Position numbers and translations under genes: made by a program
The notes under the pieces: generated by a model
The model's database searches: none
Told to the model about the DNA's origin: nothing
What the model saw: the letters and a program-made list of their open reading frames with translations, nothing else
Part shown: positions 1-8,529 of the stretch, one piece after another
Layout of the letters: every line of letters begins with the position of its first letter
How positions within the stretch are numbered: the stretch's first letter is position 1
DNA from: Bacteroidota bacterium
GTDB taxonomy: Bacteria; Bacteroidota; Bacteroidia; UBA4408
Direction of reading: 5' to 3'
Assembly (NCBI GenBank): GCA_016721765.1
Contig: JADKHO010000002.1
Span: 151,616 to 215,615, forward strand
Length of the DNA: 64,000 nucleotides

Positions 1-30
1 GATTTTACAAGTATAATTTTACAACAAACA

Positions 31-993
31 ATGAACGAATTACAAAATAAACGCGCTGTGGCCGTCGGTTTCTTTGTCATCTTAGGAATAGTATTTCTGA
101 TTACAGGTGTACTAATGGTGGGAAATTTACATGAAACCTTTAAAAGGAAAATGAAGGTAGTTTCACTTTTTGATGATGTTAACGGTTTACAAACCGGTAA
201 TAATATCTGGTTTTCAGGTGTCAAAATTGGTACTGTAAGCAGTGTTCACTTCTATGGAAAATCACAAGTGGAAGTAATTATGAAAATCGAAACCAAAGCG
301 CAGCAATACATTCGAAAGGATGCTAAAGTAAAAATCAGCACCGATGGCCTTATTGGTAATAAAATATTGGTTATTTATGGAGGAACTTCCAAATCAAATG
401 AAGTGGAAGAGGGAGATACTTTGCTGGTGGAAAAAACTTTCTCTTCCGACGATATGATAAACACCTTGCAAGACAACAATAAAAATTTATTGGTGATAAC
501 AAACGACTTTAAAGTGATTAGTCATAATTTAGCAAACGGAACAGGTACGGTTGCAAAACTACTTAGTGATGATGCTGTTTATAACCAAATTAACGCAGCA
601 ACTGCTTCGTTGCAAGGGGCTGCCTCAAAAGCAAACCAGTTGCTGGTTTCCCTAAATGGATTTAGCTCAGGGTTAACCCGTAAAGGAACACTTGCAAATG
701 ATTTGGTAAGCGATACAATTGTCTTTAAATCATTAAAAGCTGCTGCTAGCCATATCGAACAACTTACCGATTCAGCAACAATGCTTGTTAGTAATTTGAA
801 AGCCAGCGAAAGAAATTCAAAAAGCGCCATCGGTATTTTATTGCACGATGAAGAAGCTGGAGCGAATTTAAAAGCCAGTTTGAAAAATTTGGAAAGCAGC
901 ACAAAAAAATTGGATCAAGATCTTGAGGCCGTGCAACACAATATTTTACTAAGACGATTCTTTAAATCAAAACCGGCAAGCAATGAAAAATAA
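31..993 (+). CDS. MlaD/MCE-domain protein (membrane-anchored lipid-transport component-like)
   Basis: 320-aa ORF with ATG start. N-terminal TM helix, then an MCE-type segment FDDVNGLQTGNNIWFSGVKIGTV, then a long helical tail. Overlaps the next ORF by 11 nt. Confidence 0.7.
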   Translation: MNELQNKRAVAVGFFVILGIVFLITGVLMVGNLHETFKRKMKVVSLFDDVNGLQTGNNIWFSGVKIGTVSSVHFYGKSQVEVIMKIETKAQQYIRKDAKVKISTDGLIGNKILVIYGGTSKSNEVEEGDTLLVEKTFSSDDMINTLQDNNKNLLVITNDFKVISHNLANGTGTVAKLLSDDAVYNQINAATASLQGAASKANQLLVSLNGFSSGLTRKGTLANDLVSDTIVFKSLKAAASHIEQLTDSATMLVSNLKASERNSKSAIGILLHDEEAGANLKASLKNLESSTKKLDQDLEAVQHNILLRRFFKSKPASNEK

Positions 994-1852
994 ATGGATA
1001 TGGATGCTACTAATTGTTTTAGTGCTTGTAATAGGTGCTGTAGGATACCTCTATTTTTTTAAAGATAAGCTTATAGCACGCTATATTCCTAAGCTGGAAC
1101 AAATTGGTGATCTTGAAATTAATGTGGGTGACGATACAACTTATATACACTCGAAACTCGTAATCGAAAATAATTCCTTTTTGAAAATTGGTGTGGATAC
1201 TATCAAATACCAAGTTTCCTTATTTAATAAAACCTATCTTAAAAGTCAAAGCTTTTTGGGAATTGTTTTGCCTCCAAATGGTAAGGATACATTTGAATTT
1301 TCATTAAAAATTCCTTACAAGGAAATTCTAAAAGATTTAAAAGCCGAACGAAAAAAAGGGGATAGTGCAAGCTATGCCATCCATGTATTTCTGCAATACT
1401 CCACCGTATTGGGTAAAGCGGAATTGCCAATTAATAAAGTTGCCAAGTTAAAGATTCCACAACCGCCCGAGCTCGAAATAGAAAACGTTAAATACACTAA
1501 AATTCGTTTCAAGAATATTGAAGCCAGTGCCAAAATCAAAATTATTAATTATGGTCCCATAACCTTGTCCATTAAGGAAATGGCTTATGTACTGGTAGTG
1601 CCAAATCAAGGTACACTAAAAGGCAAATACTTTGAAGCCATTAAAATAAAGCCATTTGGAACAACAGTTGTGACCCTTCCTATTAAAGTTACACTAAAGA
1701 ATATTTTTAGGACAGCCATCCAGGTGGCACGCAATAAAGATCAGTATGAATACAATTTAACCTTACTCGCCGTTCTTGAGCCCGAAGACTCCTTAAAAAA
1801 GCCCATTCGAATCCATCTCACCAAAATGGGAATTATGGAATTAAGAAAATAG
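983..1852 (+). CDS. membrane-anchored hypothetical protein (LEA_2/WHy-like beta repeats, weak call)
   Basis: 289-aa ORF overlapping the upstream stop, so likely in an operon. One N-terminal TM helix and a beta-rich repeated body. The family assignment is from memory only. Confidence 0.55.
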   Translation: MKNKWIWMLLIVLVLVIGAVGYLYFFKDKLIARYIPKLEQIGDLEINVGDDTTYIHSKLVIENNSFLKIGVDTIKYQVSLFNKTYLKSQSFLGIVLPPNGKDTFEFSLKIPYKEILKDLKAERKKGDSASYAIHVFLQYSTVLGKAELPINKVAKLKIPQPPELEIENVKYTKIRFKNIEASAKIKIINYGPITLSIKEMAYVLVVPNQGTLKGKYFEAIKIKPFGTTVVTLPIKVTLKNIFRTAIQVARNKDQYEYNLTLLAVLEPEDSLKKPIRIHLTKMGIMELRK

Positions 1853-1905
1853 CAGCAACTTTTTCTGCTCCTAGAATTATCTATCACTAAAGCAGTATTC
1901 CTAAA

Positions 1906-1973
1906 AGATAGGAATAATGTAAGCTTTCGATTTAATAGTATAAGTCAACACACATAATGTATTGGCAACTTTG
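1906..1973 (+). promoter_or_regulatory. tripartite promoter P(2005): AGATAGGAAT - N23 - TATAA - N26 - TTTG
   Basis: Upstream element at 1906, TATAA at 1939, TTTG at 1970. The 33/31-nt spacing is identical to five other promoters in this window. The upstream element is the weakest of the six. Confidence 0.45.
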
Positions 1974-2004
1974 CTCTATATTAATTAAAGCAAATTCTAA
2001 AACT

Positions 2005-2811
2005 ATGAAAAAATCAATGTTGATTCTTCTTCTTGCCTTAGCTGGAAGAATACAAGCACAAACACCGGAACTTATCACAAATGATAAAACCGGCTGGCAT
2101 AAAATTGTTGAAAAAAGTGTCGATTTAAAACGCGATCGCGATGAATTTACAATTCTAGGCGCAGATCGCTTTGCTTCATTAAAACTCTTTGTTAAGGATG
2201 TTCAATTATCAATTTACGATATGGAAGTTTATTTTGAAAATGGAACGAAACAAGTGATTGAAGTGCGCAGTCCTATAAAGGCCGGCGGAGAAAGCAAAAG
2301 CTTCGATTTAAAAGGCGTGGAGCGAGACATTAAAAAAATTGTACTCGTTTATAAAACTGAACCAAATCAAAAGGATGAAAAAGCTTCCATCGAAATTTGG
2401 GGAATGAAATCTAATGAAGCACCCAATAAATCTGCTGTTGAAATGCCGGGTATTGTTTTAAGCGACAAAAAAGGATGGCATAAAATAGGAGAACGAACAA
2501 TCAATTGGAAAATGGACCACGATGAAATTGTGGTGGTAGGTGCTGATAAATTTGCCTCCATTAAATTTATTGCTGTCTTTGCATCTATTGATATCAGAAG
2601 TATTGTGGTGCATTACGAAAGTGGAGATAATCAAAACATTACTATCTCAAATCCTATATTGATGGGTGCTGAAAGCAAAGTAATTGATTTAACCGGTGGA
2701 GAAAGGGCAATTAAAAAAATTGTATTTGAATACAAAACTATGCCCAATCGTAACGAAGAAAAAGCATTGGTAGAAGTATGGGGATATAAAACAAACACGG
2801 ATAAAAAATAA
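2005..2811 (+). CDS. secreted protein with two tandem DUF2541-like domains
   Basis: Start moved from the track ORF (1957) to ATG 2005, which lies downstream of the predicted promoter and gives the signal peptide MKKSMLILLLALAGRIQAQ. Two internal repeats: GWHKI..DRDE..GADRFASLK..YFENG..AGGESK..DLKG..IKKIVLVYKT..IEIWG. Confidence 0.7.
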   Translation: MKKSMLILLLALAGRIQAQTPELITNDKTGWHKIVEKSVDLKRDRDEFTILGADRFASLKLFVKDVQLSIYDMEVYFENGTKQVIEVRSPIKAGGESKSFDLKGVERDIKKIVLVYKTEPNQKDEKASIEIWGMKSNEAPNKSAVEMPGIVLSDKKGWHKIGERTINWKMDHDEIVVVGADKFASIKFIAVFASIDIRSIVVHYESGDNQNITISNPILMGAESKVIDLTGGERAIKKIVFEYKTMPNRNEEKALVEVWGYKTNTDKK

Positions 2812-2830
2812 TTTTTAATACCATAATAAT

Positions 2831-2867
2831 AAACCGCCCCACAGCAATTGGAGCGGTTTACTTTTTT
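2831..2867 (+). terminator. rho-independent terminator
   Basis: Stem AAACCGC/GCGGTTT followed by a T-run, directly after the stop at 2811. Confidence 0.6.
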
Positions 2868-2982
2868 GAATACAGTTGATGCGCTAAACTATTACTTAAA
2901 GCGCCTCCAAATATTCGCTTTAGCTACCTATTAGTATTTAACTTAAAAATTGTTGCCCGCTTCAACAGATTAAACCTAGAAT

Positions 2983-3426
2983 ATGAAAAATCTTATTTAT
3001 TGCTTTCTCTTTTCAATTACCCTGTGCAGCTCTTGTATTGTTCAATCGCCCAAGTATACCTCCCTCGACAAAGTGATGGAGCTTCAACTAGGTATGTCGA
3101 AAGACGAAGTTGAAAAAACTTTAGGATTGCAACCTTATGACTTAAAATCAGTCTCCGATACAGCTACTGTTTTCATTTATGTTTACCGTGTCACGGATCG
3201 TAAAACACTTTCAATAGATACCCAACCGGTGAATGGCCGTTCCGCATTGGGAAAATATATACAACTGGCTGTATCTTATTCAAAAGAGAATAAAGTAATC
3301 CACGTTGAATCATGCACGCTGTGTCCGGATAATTTATCCAATACAAAAAAATTAGACGTTCAAAAATTGATTGTTTTCTTAACAATCACCCTTCCTGTAA
3401 TTTTAGTTTTTATTGGTTTAAATTGA
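2983..3426 (+). CDS. lipoprotein with BamE/SmpA-OmlA-like segment and C-terminal TM helix
   Basis: 147-aa ORF. Signal peptide ending LCSSC (lipobox-like). LGMSKDEVEKTLGLQPYD resembles the SmpA/OmlA motif. Hydrophobic C-terminus LIVFLTITLPVILVFIGL. Confidence 0.55.
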   Translation: MKNLIYCFLFSITLCSSCIVQSPKYTSLDKVMELQLGMSKDEVEKTLGLQPYDLKSVSDTATVFIYVYRVTDRKTLSIDTQPVNGRSALGKYIQLAVSYSKENKVIHVESCTLCPDNLSNTKKLDVQKLIVFLTITLPVILVFIGLN

Positions 3427-3496
3427 TTTTCAGTTTATACTAAACTCATGCATTAAGCGTGCGTAAAGGCGTTCATGAATTTTCATTACAATTCAC

Positions 3497-3564
3497 ACCT
3501 GCGAATGTTACAAGAACAAAATAGAGTTCTGTAATGCAAAAGCTTCCCGAGCGCAGCACCTTTG
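3497..3564 (+). promoter_or_regulatory. tripartite promoter P(3610): ACCTGCGAAT - N23 - TGTAA - N26 - TTTG
   Basis: Upstream element at 3497, TGTAA at 3530, TTTG at 3561. The upstream element is the right half of the inverted repeat ATTCACACCTGCGAAT (3491-3506). Confidence 0.5.
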
Positions 3565-3609
3565 TCACAGAAAATTAAATCAAACTAATAATACTTAAAA
3601 CCTGAAATC

Positions 3610-4038
3610 ATGAAAAAAGTAACACTAATTGTAATGCTTGCCTTAGCAAGTGGATTAATGAATGCAAATGCACAAACACCTCAATTTTTAGTAAGCGATA
3701 AATGGGAGTGGTATAAAATTGCTGATAAAGTAGTTGGCGAAAATAAAAACCGTGACGAAATAATTGTTTCGGGCATCGAGCGATTTACAGCCATTAAAGT
3801 GGTGGTTAAGGAAGCAGAAATTAACATGTACGATTTAGAAGTTTCTTTTGCTGGCGGCAACGGACAAGTAATTGATATTAGCAGCGAAATGAAAGCAGGA
3901 ACCGAAAGTAAAGTGTATGGATTAGATAGCAGTAAAACTGACTTAACTAAGCTAACCTTTGCCTATGAAACGCTTAGCCCATTAGCAGATGAAAAAACTC
4001 AAATCGAAATTTGGGGACTTAGAACAATAAATGACTAA
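3610..4038 (+). CDS. secreted single-domain DUF2541-like protein (paralog of 2005..2811)
   Basis: 142-aa ORF. Signal peptide MKKVTLIVMLALASGLMNANAQ. Same domain pattern as 2005..2811: WYKI..NRDEI..GIERFTAIK..VSFAGG..AGTESK..LTKLTFAYET..IEIWG. Confidence 0.7.
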   Translation: MKKVTLIVMLALASGLMNANAQTPQFLVSDKWEWYKIADKVVGENKNRDEIIVSGIERFTAIKVVVKEAEINMYDLEVSFAGGNGQVIDISSEMKAGTESKVYGLDSSKTDLTKLTFAYETLSPLADEKTQIEIWGLRTIND

Positions 4039-4061
4039 TTACATTAAGTACATAAATTTAG

Positions 4062-4094
4062 AACCGCAGGATTTTGCTTGCGGTTTTTGTTTTA
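4062..4094 (+). terminator. rho-independent terminator
   Basis: Stem AACCGCA/TGCGGTT followed by TTTTGTTTT, after the stop at 4038. Confidence 0.55.
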
Positions 4095-4112
4095 TACTGA
4101 CCTGCTTGACTT

Positions 4113-4180
4113 ATCTGTGAATTATGTAACTTCTAGCTGCAATTGTATAATGGAATAGTAGCTGCCACATAGTTTCTTTG
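4113..4180 (+). promoter_or_regulatory. tripartite promoter P(4237): ATCTGTGAAT - N23 - TATAA - N26 - TTTG
   Basis: Upstream element at 4113, TATAA at 4146, TTTG at 4177. Confidence 0.5.
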
Positions 4181-4236
4181 CAAGTATAAAATGTGGTGGA
4201 ATTTTTTCAACACAGTAAAATTAAAAAACAGAACTT

Positions 4237-5112
4237 ATGAAAAATTACCTCCTTATTGCACTACTTGCAATTATGTTTTCTGCCTGCGAACAAGCGAAAT
4301 TAGATAAAGCCGCACTCGACAAAACTACTATTGAAAACGACTCTTTAAAATCAATTGTTTCAGATAGAGAAGCATCCATAAATGATTTTATTACCTCTTT
4401 TAATGATGTGGAACGCAACTTGGATTCGGTTACAGCACGCCAACATCTTATTTCTGTAAGCACCGACCAACAAGGTGATTTAAAACCTAGTCAGAGAACA
4501 CGAATTAATGAAGGCATTGCCTCTATAAATACATTAATGGAAGAAAACCGCAAGAAACTGGCTGAGCTAAAAAAGAAATTAAAAAATTCCTCTTACAAAA
4601 ATGCCGAACTGGCCAAAGCCATTGCCACAATTAACAATCAATTGGCACAAAAAGATGTAGAATTGACTGCCTTAAATGAAAAACTGTATAATTTAAATGC
4701 CCAGGTTAACGATTTGCAAACAGCTTTAAGTATCGTAACTGAAGAAAGCGCTGTTAAATCTCAAACCATTGCCGAAGAAACAATGGCTTTGCATACCGCA
4801 TACTATGTTATTGGTGAATCAAAAGAATTGCGCGATGCAAATTTAATCGATAGAAAAGGTGGTTTATTAGGCATGGGTAAAACAGCTAAACTCAGCCCTA
4901 ATATTGATAACAGCAAATTTATTCGCATTGATTATACACAAACCACCAGCATTGAAGTAAACAGCAATATGAAAATAATTACCGTGCATCCTGCCGATTC
5001 TTATGTATTGGATGCCGATGCAAAAAATAAAAAGAAGGTGAAAAATTTAACCATTACCAATCCTGAAAAGTTTTGGAGCGCTTCAAAATACTTAGTAATT
5101 CAAAAAGATTAA
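4237..5112 (+). CDS. coiled-coil lipoprotein, unknown function
   Basis: 291-aa ORF. Lipobox LAIMFSAC. Long K/E/L/N-rich helical region, then a globular C-terminal part. Confidence 0.65.
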   Translation: MKNYLLIALLAIMFSACEQAKLDKAALDKTTIENDSLKSIVSDREASINDFITSFNDVERNLDSVTARQHLISVSTDQQGDLKPSQRTRINEGIASINTLMEENRKKLAELKKKLKNSSYKNAELAKAIATINNQLAQKDVELTALNEKLYNLNAQVNDLQTALSIVTEESAVKSQTIAEETMALHTAYYVIGESKELRDANLIDRKGGLLGMGKTAKLSPNIDNSKFIRIDYTQTTSIEVNSNMKIITVHPADSYVLDADAKNKKKVKNLTITNPEKFWSASKYLVIQKD

Positions 5113-5219
5113 GCATACGCTGGCATTAGCCAACTGTTACTCTACTACTGTCAGTGAAAAACGAAAGAGTTAATTACAAATAGGCTTATTATCAAGACTT
5201 TTATAGTTGGTTTAGTTTT

Positions 5220-5252
5220 AGAGCCGTTGAAATTTCAACGGCTCTTTTTTTT
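5220..5252 (+). terminator. rho-independent terminator
   Basis: Perfect 13-bp palindrome AGAGCCGTTGAAA/TTTCAACGGCTCT followed by T8. Confidence 0.7.
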
Positions 5253-5335
5253 GAAGTCAACGCTCCTAAACCAGTTTGTAAGCTTATACTCAAGCGAAGT
5301 GTATCAGCATGGAAGCACATTTAAAGCGATACTTG

Positions 5336-5403
5336 AAGTGTGAATATTGATAATAAACACATTTTTAATGTAACACATTCCCGCACAACTTCACACACCT
5401 TTG
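5336..5403 (+). promoter_or_regulatory. tripartite promoter P(5427): AAGTGTGAAT - N23 - TGTAA - N26 - TTTG
   Basis: Upstream element at 5336, TGTAA at 5369, TTTG at 5400. Shares the extended -7 region CACCTTTGTCAC with P(3610). Confidence 0.5.
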
Positions 5404-5426
5404 TCACTTACTAATTCAAAATAAAA

Positions 5427-7013
5427 ATGAAATCAATTAAGTACAAACCGGGTTTTATGAACTTAAAACGAACTGGAAAAAAGCTTATAATTCTGACTGC
5501 ATGCATTGCATTCACGCTCAGTACAAAGGCACAAACAGAAGATAAAAAATGGAGCATTGGCTTGCACGGTGGCGCAAACCAGTACCAAGGCGATTTAGGG
5601 AAAGGTTTCTATAAAGGAAACCAAGCGCTTTATGGATTTGGAGGAATATCTTTTTCACGCTTTATCAATCGGCATTTAGATGCAAATTTGTTGTTTACCA
5701 AAGGAGAGCTTGGCTTTAAAGGCGATACCAGCAGTTTCCAAACCGGATTCTCAACAGTTACTGCTAACGTTCGCTTTAATATATTATCGTCCGATTATGT
5801 GGTTAGACCCTATTTATTTGTGGGTGCAGGTGCAATGCTATTTGCAGTGAATCCTACAGTTACTGATAAAAGTAAAATCGATTATGCGGCTCCTGATTTT
5901 GGGGTGGGTATCAATATTAGTTTAACCCCAACGGTTATGCTTAACCTGCAAGAAATGGTATTATACTCTACCGGTGATGGTAAAGATGGTGTGAACAAAG
6001 CCGGAAATGATGCCTACTTGCAACACATGGTTGGCTTGACTTTTAATTTTGGTAAGAAAAAAGATGCAGATATGGACGGTGTTTCTGATTCAAGAGATAA
6101 GTGTGCCAACACGCCTCCAAAAATTACAGTGGATAAAACAGGTTGCCCGCTTGATAAAGATAAAGATGGTGTAGCTGATTACTTGGATGCATGTCCGGAT
6201 GTAGCAGGTACTTTGGCGCTTAAAGGTTGCCCTGATAAAGATGGCGATGGAGTAGGAGATAAGGAAGACAATTGTCCGGATGAGAAAGGAACACTTGCTT
6301 TGAACGGTTGTCCCGATAAAGATGGTGATGATGTGGCCGATAAAGACGATCGTTGCCCGGATGCTTCTGGTAGCGCAGCTTTAAAAGGTTGCCCGGATAA
6401 AGATGGAGACGGTGTTGCCGATTTAGATGATAAATGTGCCGACACAAAAGCCGGTTACAAAGTAGATGCAACAGGTTGCACAAAAGATAACGACAACGAT
6501 GGTATTGTGAACGAAGAAGATGCTTGTCCGGATAAAGCAGGACCAATGGTTTTTAAAGGCTGTCCTGATACAGATGGCGATGGTGTTGCAGATAATGATG
6601 ACCGTTGTCCAACCATTAAAGGAACTATTAATAACAAAGGATGTCCTGAAATGGCAAAAGAAGATGTGAAAAAAATAACTCAAATTGCAAGCAAAATATT
6701 TTTCGAATTTGATAGCGATAAATTAAAAGTTGCATCCTTAGTACAACTGGATGAATTAGCTTCTATTTTGAAAAAATACGAAGGAGCAAACTTATTAGTT
6801 GGAGGCCATACCGATAGCGATGGCGAAGACGCATACAACATGACCCTTTCTCAAAAAAGAACCGAATCGGTTAAAACTTATTTAATGGGACAAGGCATTA
6901 TGGAATCGCGATTAACTGCAACCGGTTTTGGCGAAACACAACCCATTTCAGATAATAAAACTGCAATCGGTAAAGCGAAAAACAGAAGAGTAGAATTAAA
7001 GACTTCGTATTAA
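5427..7013 (+). CDS. OmpA-family outer-membrane protein with thrombospondin type-3 (TSP3) calcium-binding repeats
   Basis: 528-aa ORF. Signal peptide and N-terminal beta-barrel-like region. About ten D-x-D-x-D-G-V-x-D/CPD repeats. C-terminal OmpA_C motif (F.FDS..L......L..L...L........L.V.GHTDS.G....N..LS..R). Confidence 0.85.
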   Translation: MKSIKYKPGFMNLKRTGKKLIILTACIAFTLSTKAQTEDKKWSIGLHGGANQYQGDLGKGFYKGNQALYGFGGISFSRFINRHLDANLLFTKGELGFKGDTSSFQTGFSTVTANVRFNILSSDYVVRPYLFVGAGAMLFAVNPTVTDKSKIDYAAPDFGVGINISLTPTVMLNLQEMVLYSTGDGKDGVNKAGNDAYLQHMVGLTFNFGKKKDADMDGVSDSRDKCANTPPKITVDKTGCPLDKDKDGVADYLDACPDVAGTLALKGCPDKDGDGVGDKEDNCPDEKGTLALNGCPDKDGDDVADKDDRCPDASGSAALKGCPDKDGDGVADLDDKCADTKAGYKVDATGCTKDNDNDGIVNEEDACPDKAGPMVFKGCPDTDGDGVADNDDRCPTIKGTINNKGCPEMAKEDVKKITQIASKIFFEFDSDKLKVASLVQLDELASILKKYEGANLLVGGHTDSDGEDAYNMTLSQKRTESVKTYLMGQGIMESRLTATGFGETQPISDNKTAIGKAKNRRVELKTSY

Positions 7014-7033
7014 TTAAAAATTGATTTTTTATT

Positions 7034-7067
7034 AAAGGGATTGCCTGGCAAGGCAATCCCTTTTTTT
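7034..7067 (+). terminator. rho-independent terminator
   Basis: Stem AAAGGGATTGCCT/AGGCAATCCCTTT followed by a T-run, after the OmpA stop. Confidence 0.7.
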
Positions 7068-7182
7068 GTTTGTAAGCTCCATCAAAAATAAAAAGGAACA
7101 AACCTTTCCATTCCAAAGCTCAATTCAGTGTTTCAATCCATTGAATTTGATTCCGAAACAAGGCAAACAAATTAGTTTAATC

Positions 7183-7250
7183 ATCTGTGAATTATATAAA
7201 TAAATATGGTCGTAATATAATCCTTAAGATGCCCCTGTGCTCAATCTTTG
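7183..7250 (+). promoter_or_regulatory. tripartite promoter P(7271): ATCTGTGAAT - N23 - TATAA - N26 - TTTG
   Basis: Upstream element at 7183, TATAA at 7216, TTTG at 7247. Confidence 0.5.
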
Positions 7251-7270
7251 TTGAACCAAATTACACCAAT

Positions 7271-7444
7271 ATGAAAGCAAATAGAATCAGCTTAATTAAC
7301 GAGCTAAAAAATTATTCAAGCCAAACCGGCATCGAAAGAGCTGCGCAGCACAATGCAATTCAAAGCTGGGATGAATCCGCATCAATTATAAAAAAGGAAA
7401 TTTTGTTACGGCTATCCAAAACAAAAGAAATCAAATTATTATAA
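7271..7444 (+). CDS. small hypothetical protein (57 aa)
   Basis: The track ORF starts at GTG 7187, inside the promoter motif. ATG 7271 lies 21 nt after the TTTG box and is the likelier start. No recognisable domain. Confidence 0.35.
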   Translation: MKANRISLINELKNYSSQTGIERAAQHNAIQSWDESASIIKKEILLRLSKTKEIKLL

Positions 7445-7454
7445 CAGCTTTACG

Positions 7455-7844
7455 ATGTACAAATTATCACACCATGCCGAACGCATTTTTGAACGAGTAA
7501 CTTCCTTTGCAATAACAGTAATGGGTAACTCACTTACCTTTATTATTGCATGCATCAGCGTTATTTTTTGGCTTACGCAGAAGGATTTTTTTGACCAATC
7601 ACTACATGAGTGTATACACGAAGCGATAATTGGAATTACCTTTTTAAGCTTGTTTCTAATTCAAAAATCGTTCAACCGATTTTCCGCATCCCTACATTTA
7701 AAAGTAAATGAATTGGTATCCTCACACGAACCTGCCAGCAATGCCGTAATCGATACAGAGTTAAAAACCGAGCGAGAACTTACAAAACTGTCAAAAGAAT
7801 ACATCGAAATAACGGATACCTTAAAGAATACCCCACAGCCATAA
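7455..7844 (+). CDS. low-affinity iron permease (Fet4-like) family membrane protein
   Basis: 129-aa ORF with two TM helices. FLSLFLIQKSFNRFSASLHLKVNELV matches the FL.VFLIQN.QNRD..A..LKLDELI pattern of that family (from memory). Confidence 0.65.
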   Translation: MYKLSHHAERIFERVTSFAITVMGNSLTFIIACISVIFWLTQKDFFDQSLHECIHEAIIGITFLSLFLIQKSFNRFSASLHLKVNELVSSHEPASNAVIDTELKTERELTKLSKEYIEITDTLKNTPQP

Positions 7845-7941
7845 ATCCATCTTTAGAATGAATTGCAAATTAATAGAACAACAATTCGTCAAATCAAAAT
7901 TCAAGAATTCAACAAATCAAAATTCAAAAAATAAATTCCCC

Positions 7942-8009
7942 ATCTGTGAATGATGCAATTTAATCTTAGAGTTATATAACATTTACTACCTAGTATTCAC
8001 GGACTTTTG
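7942..8009 (+). promoter_or_regulatory. tripartite promoter P(8069): ATCTGTGAAT - N23 - TATAA - N26 - TTTG
   Basis: Upstream element at 7942, TATAA at 7975, TTTG at 8006. Confidence 0.5.
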
Positions 8010-8068
8010 CACCGCAATGCTACTATTGCACCTTGTTCGCAGGAAGCGAAAATCAAATAAAAAATACA

Positions 8069-8512
8069 ATGAAAATTTCAATTCTAACAATTTCAGTCGC
8101 ATCTATTATGTCAGTGATGCTAGTAAGCAGTTGCAGCAGTCCCGAAAAAAAGGTCGAAAATGCGCAAGAAAATGTAAACGATGCTAATGCAGATTTAGCA
8201 AAAGCAAATGATGAATACCTTGCAGATATTGAAACATACAAAAAAGTAACCGCCGATCAAATCGCACAAAATGAAAAGGAATTAGCTGCTTTCCGACTTA
8301 AAGTACGCGATGAAAAAGCTCAAGCTCGTGCCGATTACGATAAAAAAATTGCAGACCTGGAAGAAAAAAACAACAGCTTGAAGCAAAGAATGGCGGATTA
8401 CAAAGAAACTGGAAAAGACAATTGGAATTCATTTAAAAGCGAATTCAGTCACGACATGGACGAATTTGGTAAAGCATTCAAAGATTTAGGTGTAAATAAT
8501 GTGAAGAAATAA
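8069..8512 (+). CDS. coiled-coil lipoprotein, unknown function
   Basis: Start moved from TTG 8033 to ATG 8069, giving MKISILTISVASIMSVMLVSSC (lipobox). The rest is K/E/A/D-rich helical sequence. Confidence 0.65.
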   Translation: MKISILTISVASIMSVMLVSSCSSPEKKVENAQENVNDANADLAKANDEYLADIETYKKVTADQIAQNEKELAAFRLKVRDEKAQARADYDKKIADLEEKNNSLKQRMADYKETGKDNWNSFKSEFSHDMDEFGKAFKDLGVNNVKK

Positions 8513-8529
8513 TTAAAAAAAATAAAAAA

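Noticed and set aside
1957-2004. Longer N-terminus for the two-domain DUF2541-like protein (track start 1957)
   Set aside because: The extension overlaps the predicted promoter TTTG box (1970-1973) and precedes a good signal peptide that starts at ATG 2005.
6179-6683. Four antisense ORFs (60-108 aa) within the OmpA gene
   Set aside because: They are artefacts of the GAT/GGT-rich TSP3 repeat DNA, which is open in several frames. The sense frame has clear domain motifs.
7187-7270. Longer N-terminus (GTG 7187) for the small ORF
   Set aside because: The GTG lies inside the conserved ATCTGTGAAT promoter element, and the extension spans the whole promoter. ATG 7271 follows the TTTG box at a normal distance.
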